Positions 56,860 through 64,000 of a stretch of DNA of 64,000 nucleotides are shown piece after piece. The notes below the pieces were generated by a model, which had not been told where the DNA came from, did no database searches, and worked only from the letters and a program-made list of their open reading frames with translations. The position numbers and the translations under genes are program-made. The stretch is taken from contig JAEELO010000121.1 of the NCBI GenBank assembly GCA_016282705.1, forward strand, positions 4,189 through 68,188, given 5' to 3'. Each line of letters opens with the position of its first letter. The first letter of the stretch is position 1. The DNA is from Candidatus Gastranaerophilales bacterium (GTDB taxonomy: Bacteria > Cyanobacteriota > Vampirovibrionia > Gastranaerophilales > Gastranaerophilaceae).

Positions 56860-58275
56860 CTAACTGCCAAAACCTATCTTGGCCGATTTTGTTTTAGTTT
56901 CAGCCAAATATTGCTTTCTGTCAGGTTTTTCTTCACCTGTTTCTTTTATTGCTTTTAAATAATCGTCGACGGAGATATCAGCTCTGTCACGTTCCATTGC
57001 ATTAAGTGCTGCTTGCTTTGAAATTATGCATATAGAACTGTTTGAAAATCCGTATAACTGGTTTGTAATAGTTTTTAAATCATCGGGAGATGATAATAAT
57101 TTCTGCCCTTTAGATAAAGGTGCAAGATTTTTTATTAATAATGTCTGTATTGCATCTTTATCGGGAATATCAACAAATACTTTAGAATCAAAACGTCTGC
57201 GTATAGCAGGGTCTAAAATATTATATTTATTTGTTGCACCAATAATAATGACATTAGACTGTTTTACCTGATCAATACATTGCAGCATTGTTGCAACCTG
57301 TTTAATATCTTCAGGCCAAGTTTGAGCACCTCTATCAAAACCGAGAGAATCAATTTCATCCATAAAAACAAGAACCGGTTTTTGCTGCTTTTCAGAAATT
57401 CTTATAGCTGCATCAAATGCACTTTTTAAATTTTTTGCTGTCATATTAATATATTCGGAACCGGCTTTACTTATGTTTAACATATACATAGGAGTATCAA
57501 TTTCTCCGGACAATGCTTGAGTTATGTATGTTTTACCGCAACCGGGAGGTCCATATAAAAGCAATGATTTGGGAATAGATTTTCCGTATTCTTCAAAATC
57601 AATTTTTGCCTGCTCAGGATTATTTATAAATTGAATAATTCCGTTGTTTAAATCTTTTTTTAATTTATCCATGCCTGCGACATCTTGAAATCCTTTAGGA
57701 GAAGTTGCAGATGGTTTAAATTCTTCCAATAAAGATTTATCTTTACCGGAGAGGGCACCTGAAATTTTATTTATTAAATCTTTTTTAGGGTCATCGGTTA
57801 TTTCCATCCCATCTTCATCAAATTTAGGCTGATATAATTCATCTTTAGGATTATTGGACTGACCGGTTTTTGATTTTGAGAGTTCTGATTCTGTCCATTC
57901 GGATAAAGCTTCCATAACATCAGCTCGCCAATCATCTTTTTGGGAACCGTTTTTTACAAATTCTCTGTTATAGTGAGCATATTCTCTATCAGGATATCTT
58001 AGTTTAGGGAAGGTAAAAGATACAAAGCCTGATAACATTTGTTTTGAAGTTGAAAGCATGTCTTGCAAATCTTGATACAAAGAAGTTTTTGGACCATTTT
58101 TCTTTTCTTCTTCTCTAAGATTATCTTCAACTAAATTACAATAATCATTCAATGAAGCAATAGTTTGCGACATAACCGTATTTTTACATTTTCCCAATTG
58201 TGTCTGAAGTGATTTATTTAATCTTTTATCATAGCCAAAACTGGGTTTAGAACTGTTTATCGATGAAATTTTCAA
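56860..58275 (-). CDS. Classical-clade AAA+ ATPase with an unrecognised ~220-aa N-terminal domain
   Basis: Walker A LLLYGPPGCGKT, Walker B VLVFMDEIDSL, and second region of homology ATNKYNILDPAIRRRFD. The N terminus is MKISSINSSKPSFGYDK. The C terminus ends ...KSAKIGFGS. Confidence 0.8.
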   Translation of the reverse strand: MKISSINSSKPSFGYDKRLNKSLQTQLGKCKNTVMSQTIASLNDYCNLVEDNLREEEKKNGPKTSLYQDLQDMLSTSKQMLSGFVSFTFPKLRYPDREYAHYNREFVKNGSQKDDWRADVMEALSEWTESELSKSKTGQSNNPKDELYQPKFDEDGMEITDDPKKDLINKISGALSGKDKSLLEEFKPSATSPKGFQDVAGMDKLKKDLNNGIIQFINNPEQAKIDFEEYGKSIPKSLLLYGPPGCGKTYITQALSGEIDTPMYMLNISKAGSEYINMTAKNLKSAFDAAIRISEKQQKPVLVFMDEIDSLGFDRGAQTWPEDIKQVATMLQCIDQVKQSNVIIIGATNKYNILDPAIRRRFDSKVFVDIPDKDAIQTLLIKNLAPLSKGQKLLSSPDDLKTITNQLYGFSNSSICIISKQAALNAMERDRADISVDDYLKAIKETGEEKPDRKQYLAETKTKSAKIGFGS

Positions 58276-58360
58276 AATAAAATACCTCTCTTACAATTTT
58301 ATAAAATATGTCAAAATAATATTTGCTAGAAAAAATAAAATATTTAAGTATTATTAATAC

Positions 58361-58388
58361 TTGAATTAGAAAATAAGTTTATGATAAT
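58361..58388 (+). promoter_or_regulatory. Candidate promoter for tRNA-Ser
   Basis: TTGAAT (58361-58366), 16-nt spacer, GATAAT (58383-58388), 16 nt upstream of the tRNA 5' end. Confidence 0.35.
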
Positions 58389-58404
58389 ATTAAAACATCG
58401 CTTT

Positions 58405-58494
58405 GGAGAAGTGGCCGAGTAGGTTTAAGGCGGCACCCTGCTAAGGTGTTGTATGGAGTAATCTGTACCGTGGGTTCGAATCCCACCTTCTCCG
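58405..58494 (+). tRNA. tRNA-Ser (anticodon GCU), class II with long variable arm; CCA not encoded
   Basis: Acceptor GGAGAAG/CTTCTCC plus discriminator G. Anticodon stem gcacc/ggtgt with loop cuGCUaa. Long variable arm. T-arm gtggg-ttcgaat-cccac. Followed by a T-run. Confidence 0.94.
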
Positions 58495-58563
58495 TTTTTT
58501 GTGTTTATAAATAAAACTATAGAAGGGATGAGAACCCAACAAAACGAAGTTTTGTATTTGGTT
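58481..58563 (+). repeat. Direct repeat copy 1: tRNA-Ser 3' end (14 nt) plus ~70 bp downstream
   Basis: tcccaccttctccgttttttgtgtttataaataaaactatagaagggatgagaacccaacaaaacgaagttttgtatttggtt recurs at 58689-58773 with about five differences. Confidence 0.9.
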
Positions 58564-58688
58564 CGAGCGGATTTTGCGTAGGGTGGAGTCGAAGCATTGC
58601 TGAGCGAACCCGAAAAAACCGATGTTGATAGTTTTCGACAACGAAGTGAAGAAAACGCCACAACATCGTGGAGCAAAATCCAAGAATA
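58564..58688. other. 125-bp GC-richer, internally base-paired insert between the two repeat copies (possible small RNA or remnant of an integrated element)
   Basis: I count about 46 percent G+C, against AT-rich flanks. Nested complementary pairs: ggattttgc (58569-77)/gcaaaatcc (58673-81), cgatgttg (58620-27)/caacatcg (58661-68), gttttc (58631-36)/gaaaac (58651-56). Confidence 0.3.
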
Positions 58689-58773
58689 TCCCACCTTCTC
58701 CGTTTTTTTGTGTTTATAAATAAAACTATAGAGGGGATGAGAACCCGACAAAAACGAAGTTTTGTTTTTGGTT
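58689..58773 (+). repeat. Direct repeat copy 2 (partial tRNA-Ser 3' end plus downstream sequence)
   Basis: See copy 1; the offset is 208 bp. Similarity begins inside the T-loop (gaat-a-tcccacc). Confidence 0.9.
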
Positions 58774-58816
58774 ATATCAAATGCTTTAAAAGAATTTTTT
58801 ATATAAAAATGAAAGC

Positions 58817-58853
58817 AATAAAAAAGGTGGGTACTCTTTTCTCTTGACCCACC
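58817..58853 (-). terminator. Rho-independent terminator of the 786-aa gene
   Basis: On the minus strand: stem ggtgggt/acccacc with a 14-nt loop, followed by a T-run (the plus-strand A-run at 58820-58825). Confidence 0.6.
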
Positions 58854-58880
58854 CTCGCGTTATTTAAAATTTATTATTGA

Positions 58881-61241
58881 TTAATGTGCAAATTTTCTGT
58901 GCCATAAATCTGCGTATTCTCTTTCTTCTCCATTGATTTCAAAGGTTGCGCCTTCTTGATGCATTAATTCGTTTCCTTTTCCGTCAAAGTTATACTCTGT
59001 TGAAGTTTTATCAGTATTAGCAAGATTTATGCTTGTGATACCAAGATCGAATAATGAAGTAGCATCTGAAGTATAACCGCCTGCTTTAATTCTGAGTCCG
59101 AATTTTTGTTCTAAGAATGCAATATCATTTTGATCTAAAGTTGTATCGTCACCGCCTATTAAATGATTCTGTTGTGCTAATGCTTTTAAAGCTTCAAATC
59201 CGTTTTTATATCCGTCAGCTTTTCCGTCACCGTCTAAGTCGGTATTATCACCAAAGCATTCTGAACCATCTTCACCAGAGAGGCCGTCACCATCTTTATC
59301 AAATACAAGTACAGCATCTGCGGAGTTAAAGATATTATCTAATTTGCCGTCACCGTCAATATCATAAGAAATCATTTCATCAGTTGTATTAATACCGTTT
59401 CCGTCAATATCAAATGATAGAGGAGAACTTGTTGTATATTGTCTTTCTGATACATTAATTTCATCAGGTTCATCGCCGTATGAATATACTGTTTTCCATT
59501 CAGCATTTTCTGCGTGTGAATCTTTTAAATATCCGCTGCCGTTTCCTACTATATCATAGCCGCCGCCCCAAACATCAAGACCAGAACCTTGTTTGCCGTA
59601 TTCTCTTGCGATAGATTTTCCTGTAGTTGCATTATATATGTGGAAAATACCGTCCTGACCTTTTGCATAAACATAATCTTTTAAATTAACTCCGTTGTCT
59701 TCTGCAAGCTTGATTTCGTCTTTGACCATTGCATAAGTAATAACATCTTTTCCTAAATCTTTTTTAGCATCAGCCGCATTTCCTTTTGTAGGAGTTTCTT
59801 TACCGTCAGCTTTGTCACCATCTTCAGGTTTGTCACCATCTTCAGGTTTGTTTGCATCATCAGATCCATCTTCGCCTGTTTCTTTTCCGTCTTCAGTTTT
59901 TTCTGCTTTTGCAGCTTCTTCAGCAGCAATTTCATCAGGAGTTTTGTCGCTTGCTGCATCCCAAATACCTTTAGCTTTTCTTGTATTTATTTCACGGCTG
60001 ACATCATGGAAAGCTTGTTGATTGTTTTTAAATGTTTCGCTTGTTTCTTTTAACTTCGTATTTGCTGTGGTTACAGCTTCTCTTGCATCATTTAAAGCTG
60101 TTTTTCTGTTATCTTGAGCTTGGTTTACTCCTTGAAGAGCTGTTGTAATATTTTTAAGAGCTTCGTCTTCAGCAAATTCGGAATTTTTAACTGTTTCTTC
60201 ATATGCATTTTGGCTTTCATCTCTTGCTGTTACAGCTTCATCAAGAGCTGTTTCAGCTTCTTTAAGTTCTTCTTCTTTTTGAGTAAGTTCTTCTTTTCTT
60301 TTTGCAAGAGTTTCTTCAGCTTGTTTAACAGCAGCTTCAGCCTCTTTTACAGCATCCTTTAGACCAGGCAATTCGGGATTCTGTTGCATTTTCGGATTGC
60401 CTTGCTCATCTACTTCACCGGTTGGTACAAACAAAGGAGCAGAATCAAGTGCTGCTTGTGCATCTGTTAATTTTGCGTTAGCATCTGCTAATGCACTGGT
60501 TGCTTCGCTTACTGCAGTTGTTGCATCAGATACTGCACCTGTTAATTCATTTACTTTATTTTGAGCTTCGGTTTCTGCTTCTTGTTTTGTTTTTACATCA
60601 TCTAATGCTTTTGCAATTTCTTCGCCATATTTTTCTTTAATTTCATCATATTTATCATGTGTATAATCTAATTCTTTTTCAGCTTCAGCAACTAACTCAT
60701 CCTGCGCTGTAACTGTTGATGAATAAGCATCTTTAGCTTCACCGACACCAGTTTTTGCGGTATCCATATCAGTTTTAGAAGTATCATAATTACTTTGAGC
60801 TTCTTTTTGAGATGCTGCTAAATCAGAATTTGTTTTGTTTCTAAGGTCATTTGTTTTTGTTTCTTCAGCGGTTGGTTGAACATTTTCCGGTGCAACGGGT
60901 GTACCATCAGGATTTACTGCTCCCGGATCTGCCGGTGAAGCACCAGGACCGTTAACAGGTGCCGTTCCGCCGCCGTCTTGTGCTTGTTCTGAGCCACCAA
61001 GAGCCTCTTCAATTTCATCTGCAGATAAAATATTATTATGATCTTTATCATAAGCTGATTGGCTGCTTAATAAATCAGCTATGATTTGATCAGCTTGTTC
61101 TTGACTGAATTTGTTATCAGTAAATATACTTGCTGCTTCATCTCCGCTTTTGGTAACTAATTTGCCATTTTCATCAGTATAACTAACAGTTAATTTACCG
61201 TTGTTTACTGAATAATTGAAATCAATTTTGTTAAATGCCAT
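58881..61241 (-). CDS. Large coiled-coil protein with C-terminal Ca-binding DxDGDG repeats, no signal peptide
   Basis: N terminus MAFNKIDFNYS, then a P/G/A-rich linker and about 300 aa of A/E/K/T-rich heptad-like sequence. A charged KPEDGD repeat follows. C-terminal repeats are DIDGNG, DIDGDGKLD, DKDGDGLSGEDGSE and DLDGDGKAD. The terminal domain ends ...GITSINL...DLWHRKF. Confidence 0.8.
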   Translation of the reverse strand: MAFNKIDFNYSVNNGKLTVSYTDENGKLVTKSGDEAASIFTDNKFSQEQADQIIADLLSSQSAYDKDHNNILSADEIEEALGGSEQAQDGGGTAPVNGPGASPADPGAVNPDGTPVAPENVQPTAEETKTNDLRNKTNSDLAASQKEAQSNYDTSKTDMDTAKTGVGEAKDAYSSTVTAQDELVAEAEKELDYTHDKYDEIKEKYGEEIAKALDDVKTKQEAETEAQNKVNELTGAVSDATTAVSEATSALADANAKLTDAQAALDSAPLFVPTGEVDEQGNPKMQQNPELPGLKDAVKEAEAAVKQAEETLAKRKEELTQKEEELKEAETALDEAVTARDESQNAYEETVKNSEFAEDEALKNITTALQGVNQAQDNRKTALNDAREAVTTANTKLKETSETFKNNQQAFHDVSREINTRKAKGIWDAASDKTPDEIAAEEAAKAEKTEDGKETGEDGSDDANKPEDGDKPEDGDKADGKETPTKGNAADAKKDLGKDVITYAMVKDEIKLAEDNGVNLKDYVYAKGQDGIFHIYNATTGKSIAREYGKQGSGLDVWGGGYDIVGNGSGYLKDSHAENAEWKTVYSYGDEPDEINVSERQYTTSSPLSFDIDGNGINTTDEMISYDIDGDGKLDNIFNSADAVLVFDKDGDGLSGEDGSECFGDNTDLDGDGKADGYKNGFEALKALAQQNHLIGGDDTTLDQNDIAFLEQKFGLRIKAGGYTSDATSLFDLGITSINLANTDKTSTEYNFDGKGNELMHQEGATFEINGEEREYADLWHRKFAH
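59814..59849. repeat. Perfect 2 x 18-bp tandem repeat inside the 786-aa gene (encodes KPEDGD-KPEDGD)
   Basis: gtcaccatcttcaggttt occurs twice in tandem. It is in frame. Confidence 0.85.
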
Positions 61242-61376
61242 ATCCTACTCTCCAAAAATCTCCTCGTACATATACATGTAAAAATTTTTCATTATTTCAA
61301 ATTTCAAAATTTTTATAATTTTTACATATCTTTACAAAATTGTTAAAAAATTAAATTAAACGGGAAGCGCAAATCC

Positions 61377-61405
61377 TTGACAAAAAATAAGAAAAAGAAA
61401 TAAAT
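61377..61405 (+). promoter_or_regulatory. Candidate promoter for ktrB-ktrA
   Basis: Perfect TTGACA (61377-61382), 17-nt spacer, ATAAAT (61400-61405), about 70 nt upstream of the start. Confidence 0.33.
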
Positions 61406-61473
61406 TAAATATAAAAAAGTGTAACCGGCTAAAAGAATAATAATAAATAAATATATGATAATATATTTTTGTT

Positions 61474-62826
61474 ATGAAAAAGTTTTTCAAAAGGGTATAC
61501 AGTTCATTTTTAAGTAAAATATATGATGAAATAGTTAAATCTCCTGTTCGAATACTTCCTGTTACATTTCTGTTTTTATGTATTTTGGGTGGTATTATAC
61601 TGGATTTGCCTTGTTGCGGAAAAATGTCTTTCATCGATGCTTTGTTTACATCTGTAAGCGGAGTGTGTGTTACCGGTTTATCCGTTCAGGATATCAGCAC
61701 GGAATTAAATTTTTTCGGACAGATTATACTTATGCTGCTAATTCAAGCCGGAGGACTCGGAATTATGAGTATTTCATCAATAATTTTTCTTTTATTAGGT
61801 AAAAAAATGTCTGTTACATACGAAAAAAATGCAAGAAGCATGTTTGATGCAGAAAGCAAAGATGAAATTAAAGAATCTTTATTACTGATTTTTAAATATA
61901 CCTTTTTACTAGAATTTATAGGATTTATTATTCTTGCCGTAAGATTTTCCCATCTGACTAATGATATATTTTACGGTTTAAAACAAGGTATTTTTATTGC
62001 AGTATCAGCATTTTGTAATGCAGGATTTGCATTAATTTCCGATAATTTAATATCATACAATAATGATACAACTATTCTTTTAACCGTTTCATTTTTGATA
62101 ATCTTAGGAGGTATTTCTCCTGTTATTGCAATAACTCTGCCCAAAATTTTTAAAGGAGAAAAGCTTTCACCCGTAGCAAAAATTGTATTCACTTCAACAA
62201 TCGCATTACTTTTTATAGGAACCTTTTTTATTTTAATTTCATCTTATAACGGTGTACTAAAAGATATGAGTTTTGCAGATAAACTTTTAAATGCCTGGTT
62301 CCAATCTGTTAGTGCAAGAACTGCAGGATTCAGTTCAATTGATTTAAGCAATATATCATGCGTAAGTTATTTAACATTAATTTTCTTGATGATTATAGGC
62401 GGTTCCCCCGGAGGTACAGCAGGTGGAATTAAAACAACTACTTTTGCAGTATTAATAATTACTACTTATAACATTTTTACAGGAAGAAAAAACATTATAA
62501 GGAACAGAGAAATTCCTCATGAAACAATTTATAAGGCTATTGCATTAATATTTATATATATATTTGTATTGATAATTTCATGCTTATTATTATTAACAAC
62601 TCAAATTATTCCACATACAAAACTTGTTTTTGAAGCTGTTTCAGCAATGGGAACAGTTGGACTTTCAATGGGAATAACCTCACAACTTGATACTTTCGGA
62701 AAGATAGTCATAATATTGACAATGTTTTTAGGCAGGGTATTCCCCGCAATGATTATTTATTATCTAAACTCAAGGACTAACGAATATTATTTAAGTTATC
62801 CTAAAGCAAAAATTTCATTAACATAG
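61474..62826 (+). CDS. ktrB: TrkH/KtrB-family potassium transporter membrane subunit
   Basis: Four MPM repeats with selectivity-filter-like glycines (CVTGLSVQD, FCNAGFAL, SARTAGFSS, GTVGLSMG) and GGSPGGTAGGIKTTT. Confidence 0.9.
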   Translation: MKKFFKRVYSSFLSKIYDEIVKSPVRILPVTFLFLCILGGIILDLPCCGKMSFIDALFTSVSGVCVTGLSVQDISTELNFFGQIILMLLIQAGGLGIMSISSIIFLLLGKKMSVTYEKNARSMFDAESKDEIKESLLLIFKYTFLLEFIGFIILAVRFSHLTNDIFYGLKQGIFIAVSAFCNAGFALISDNLISYNNDTTILLTVSFLIILGGISPVIAITLPKIFKGEKLSPVAKIVFTSTIALLFIGTFFILISSYNGVLKDMSFADKLLNAWFQSVSARTAGFSSIDLSNISCVSYLTLIFLMIIGGSPGGTAGGIKTTTFAVLIITTYNIFTGRKNIIRNREIPHETIYKAIALIFIYIFVLIISCLLLLTTQIIPHTKLVFEAVSAMGTVGLSMGITSQLDTFGKIVIILTMFLGRVFPAMIIYYLNSRTNEYYLSYPKAKISLT

Positions 62827-62836
62827 GAGAAAATAT

Positions 62837-63484
62837 ATGAAAGAACAGATTTTAATAATTGGTTTGGGACAATTCGGTATGGCATTGACTAAAACTCTTT
62901 ATGAAAAAGGTTATGAAGTTATAGCTGTAGATATAGACCAAAAACTTGTTAATGAAGCTTCAAATTATGCAACTGATGCAATATGTATAGATGCAATAGA
63001 TGAAACATCTCTTTCAAAACTTTCTCCAAGAAACAGAGATTTAATTATTTGCTCGATTGGAACAAGGGAGCCATCCATTTTAGCAGTTGCTCTTTTAAAA
63101 CAAATGGGATGCGAGAATATAATAGCAAGAGCCTCAGAAGCTATTCATGCAAGAATTTTAAAAGCCATTGGTGCAAAATGTATTATTAATCCCGAATATG
63201 AATATGGTAAAAAATTTGCACATAAAATTATATTTAAAAGTCTGTTTTTTGATAATTATTCTGACGAACTTGAATTATTTGAAATTCCGGTACAACCTTT
63301 TATGGTTGGTAAAAGTTTAAAAGAACTCAAATTACCTGATAAACATAATGTAATAGTTACAGGCATTATGAAAAACAATAAATACACAAGACCAATGCCT
63401 GATGAAAAATTTGAGCCTAATGACAGGCTAATAGTAACAGGCACAAATGAAGATATTGAAAAAATAATGAAGGAGAACAATTAA
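62837..63484 (+). CDS. ktrA: TrkA/KtrA-family RCK (NAD-binding) regulatory subunit
   Basis: ILIIGLGQFGMALTKTL Rossmann motif plus a C-terminal TrkA-C domain (LELFEIPV...GKSLKEL...DRLIVTG). Confidence 0.88.
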   Translation: MKEQILIIGLGQFGMALTKTLYEKGYEVIAVDIDQKLVNEASNYATDAICIDAIDETSLSKLSPRNRDLIICSIGTREPSILAVALLKQMGCENIIARASEAIHARILKAIGAKCIINPEYEYGKKFAHKIIFKSLFFDNYSDELELFEIPVQPFMVGKSLKELKLPDKHNVIVTGIMKNNKYTRPMPDEKFEPNDRLIVTGTNEDIEKIMKENN

Positions 63485-64000
63485 TGAATTTTTCAGAAAA
63501 AATTTATTTTTATTTTATAGTTCTTTTAATTTGTTCTACTATAATTACAATAGCAGGCATATATGGTTTTCAACGCCTTGAACCTTCTATTAAATTATTA
63601 AACAGCAGTAATACTCAATCTATATATTATGCGGAGCAAATGCTGACAAGCATTTCCTCAAGAAAAGATTTAAAAAATTTTGAAAAGAATTTAGATTTAG
63701 CAAAACAAAATATAACAGAGGACGGAGAAGAAGCCGCAATAAATAAAATAGCTGAAAATTATTTGCCTGCATTTAACGGAGACAAAGAAGCAGAAGAAGA
63801 AACAATTAATAAAATAACTGATTTTGCAAAGATTAACCGATTAGCAATGGAAAATGCAGGTATAAAAGCTAAACAACAACAAGCCATAGGAATATGGATT
63901 ATTCTGTTTCCATCAATTTTTATTTGGCTGATAGGAATTGCTCTGTTAAAAAGGATGGATAGAACTTTTATTAAGCCTATACAAGAATTAAATAATGTTA
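63484..64000 (+). CDS. Two-TM sensor protein, probably a histidine kinase N-terminal part (3' end cut by window)
   Basis: Not in the ORF track. My own translation from the ATG at 63484 (TAATG overlap with the ktrA stop) is open to the window end. It reads MNFSEKIYFYFIVLLICSTIITIAGIY (TM1), then ~125 aa of extracytoplasmic helix-rich sequence, then IGIWIILFPSIFIWLIGIALL (TM2), then a HAMP-like start RMDRTFIKPIQELNNV. Confidence 0.6.
   Translation, partial: MNFSEKIYFYFIVLLICSTIITIAGIYGFQRLEPSIKLLNSSNTQSIYYAEQMLTSISSRKDLKNFEKNLDLAKQNITEDGEEAAINKIAENYLPAFNGDKEAEEETINKITDFAKINRLAMENAGIKAKQQQAIGIWIILFPSIFIWLIGIALLKRMDRTFIKPIQELNNV

Noticed and set aside
58425-58751. Minus-strand ORFs of 108 aa and 80 aa spanning the tRNA-Ser gene and the repeat/insert region.
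   Set aside because: They overlap a well-formed tRNA and the duplicated sequence. Both products contain near-duplicate segments created by the DNA repeat. There is no RBS. They are best explained as artefacts.
61242-61473. Possible c-di-AMP (ydaO/kimA-type) riboswitch upstream of ktrB, prompted by aaacgggaagcgcaaatcc.
   Set aside because: The GC-containing patch is only ~20 nt. The pseudo-two-fold ~130-nt architecture and its conserved motifs are absent, and the rest is A/T-rich spacer.
1-64000. Scan for CRISPR arrays, IS elements or transposases, integrases, toxin-antitoxin pairs, restriction-modification or other known defence modules, and rRNA.
   Set aside because: No translated ORF shows DDE/HUH transposase, tyrosine or serine recombinase, Cas, or other defence-type motifs. 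No regularly spaced direct repeats occur beyond the single tRNA-associated duplication. This was a by-eye scan only, so small or degenerate elements could have been missed.

Overview
Strongly AT-rich bacterial chromosome segment (roughly one-third G+C or less, judged by eye). It is densely packed on both strands with mostly housekeeping genes. kdsA, ftsEX and a prepilin-type protein indicate a diderm, LPS-containing organism; I cannot assign the lineage without a database search. Recognisable blocks: grpE-dnaJ; nadK-recN; asd-dapA; kdsA/pheT; a histidine kinase plus NarL-type regulator; murC-murB-ddl-ftsQ running straight into rpsE-rpmD-rplO-secY and adk-map; rplI; nnrD-trmL plus lipid-headgroup genes; thiL; pgi; tagA-like gene plus split transketolase plus ftsEX; ktrBA. 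RNA genes: a long-form SRP RNA (43272-43528) and tRNA-Ser(GCU) (58405-58494). I saw no transposase, integrase, CRISPR array or rRNA. The most unusual content is a family of four roughly 330-aa radical-SAM paralogs. Each has a four-Cys module placed N-terminal to the CxxxCxxC core. Three are tandem at 39372-42363. Upstream of them lie a candidate promoter, a leader-ORF/antiterminator/terminator switch, a Shine-Dalgarno-led 24-aa ORF and a 452-aa two-TM protein of unknown function. The fourth paralog (8095-9105) sits in a tight operon with a REC-GGDEF protein and a radical-SAM/SPASM enzyme. Other points worth a second look are listed below.
- An 84-bp duplication of the tRNA-Ser 3' end plus downstream DNA brackets a 125-bp, GC-richer, internally base-paired insert.
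- An N-terminal M-[KR]-I-[NS]-[KS]-I-[NS] motif, with a nearby SFG, is shared by unrelated proteins.
- A 786-aa coiled-coil/Ca-binding protein has no signal peptide.
- An orphan AAA+ ATPase lies next to the tRNA.
All functional calls rest on motifs read by eye from the translations. No searches were run.
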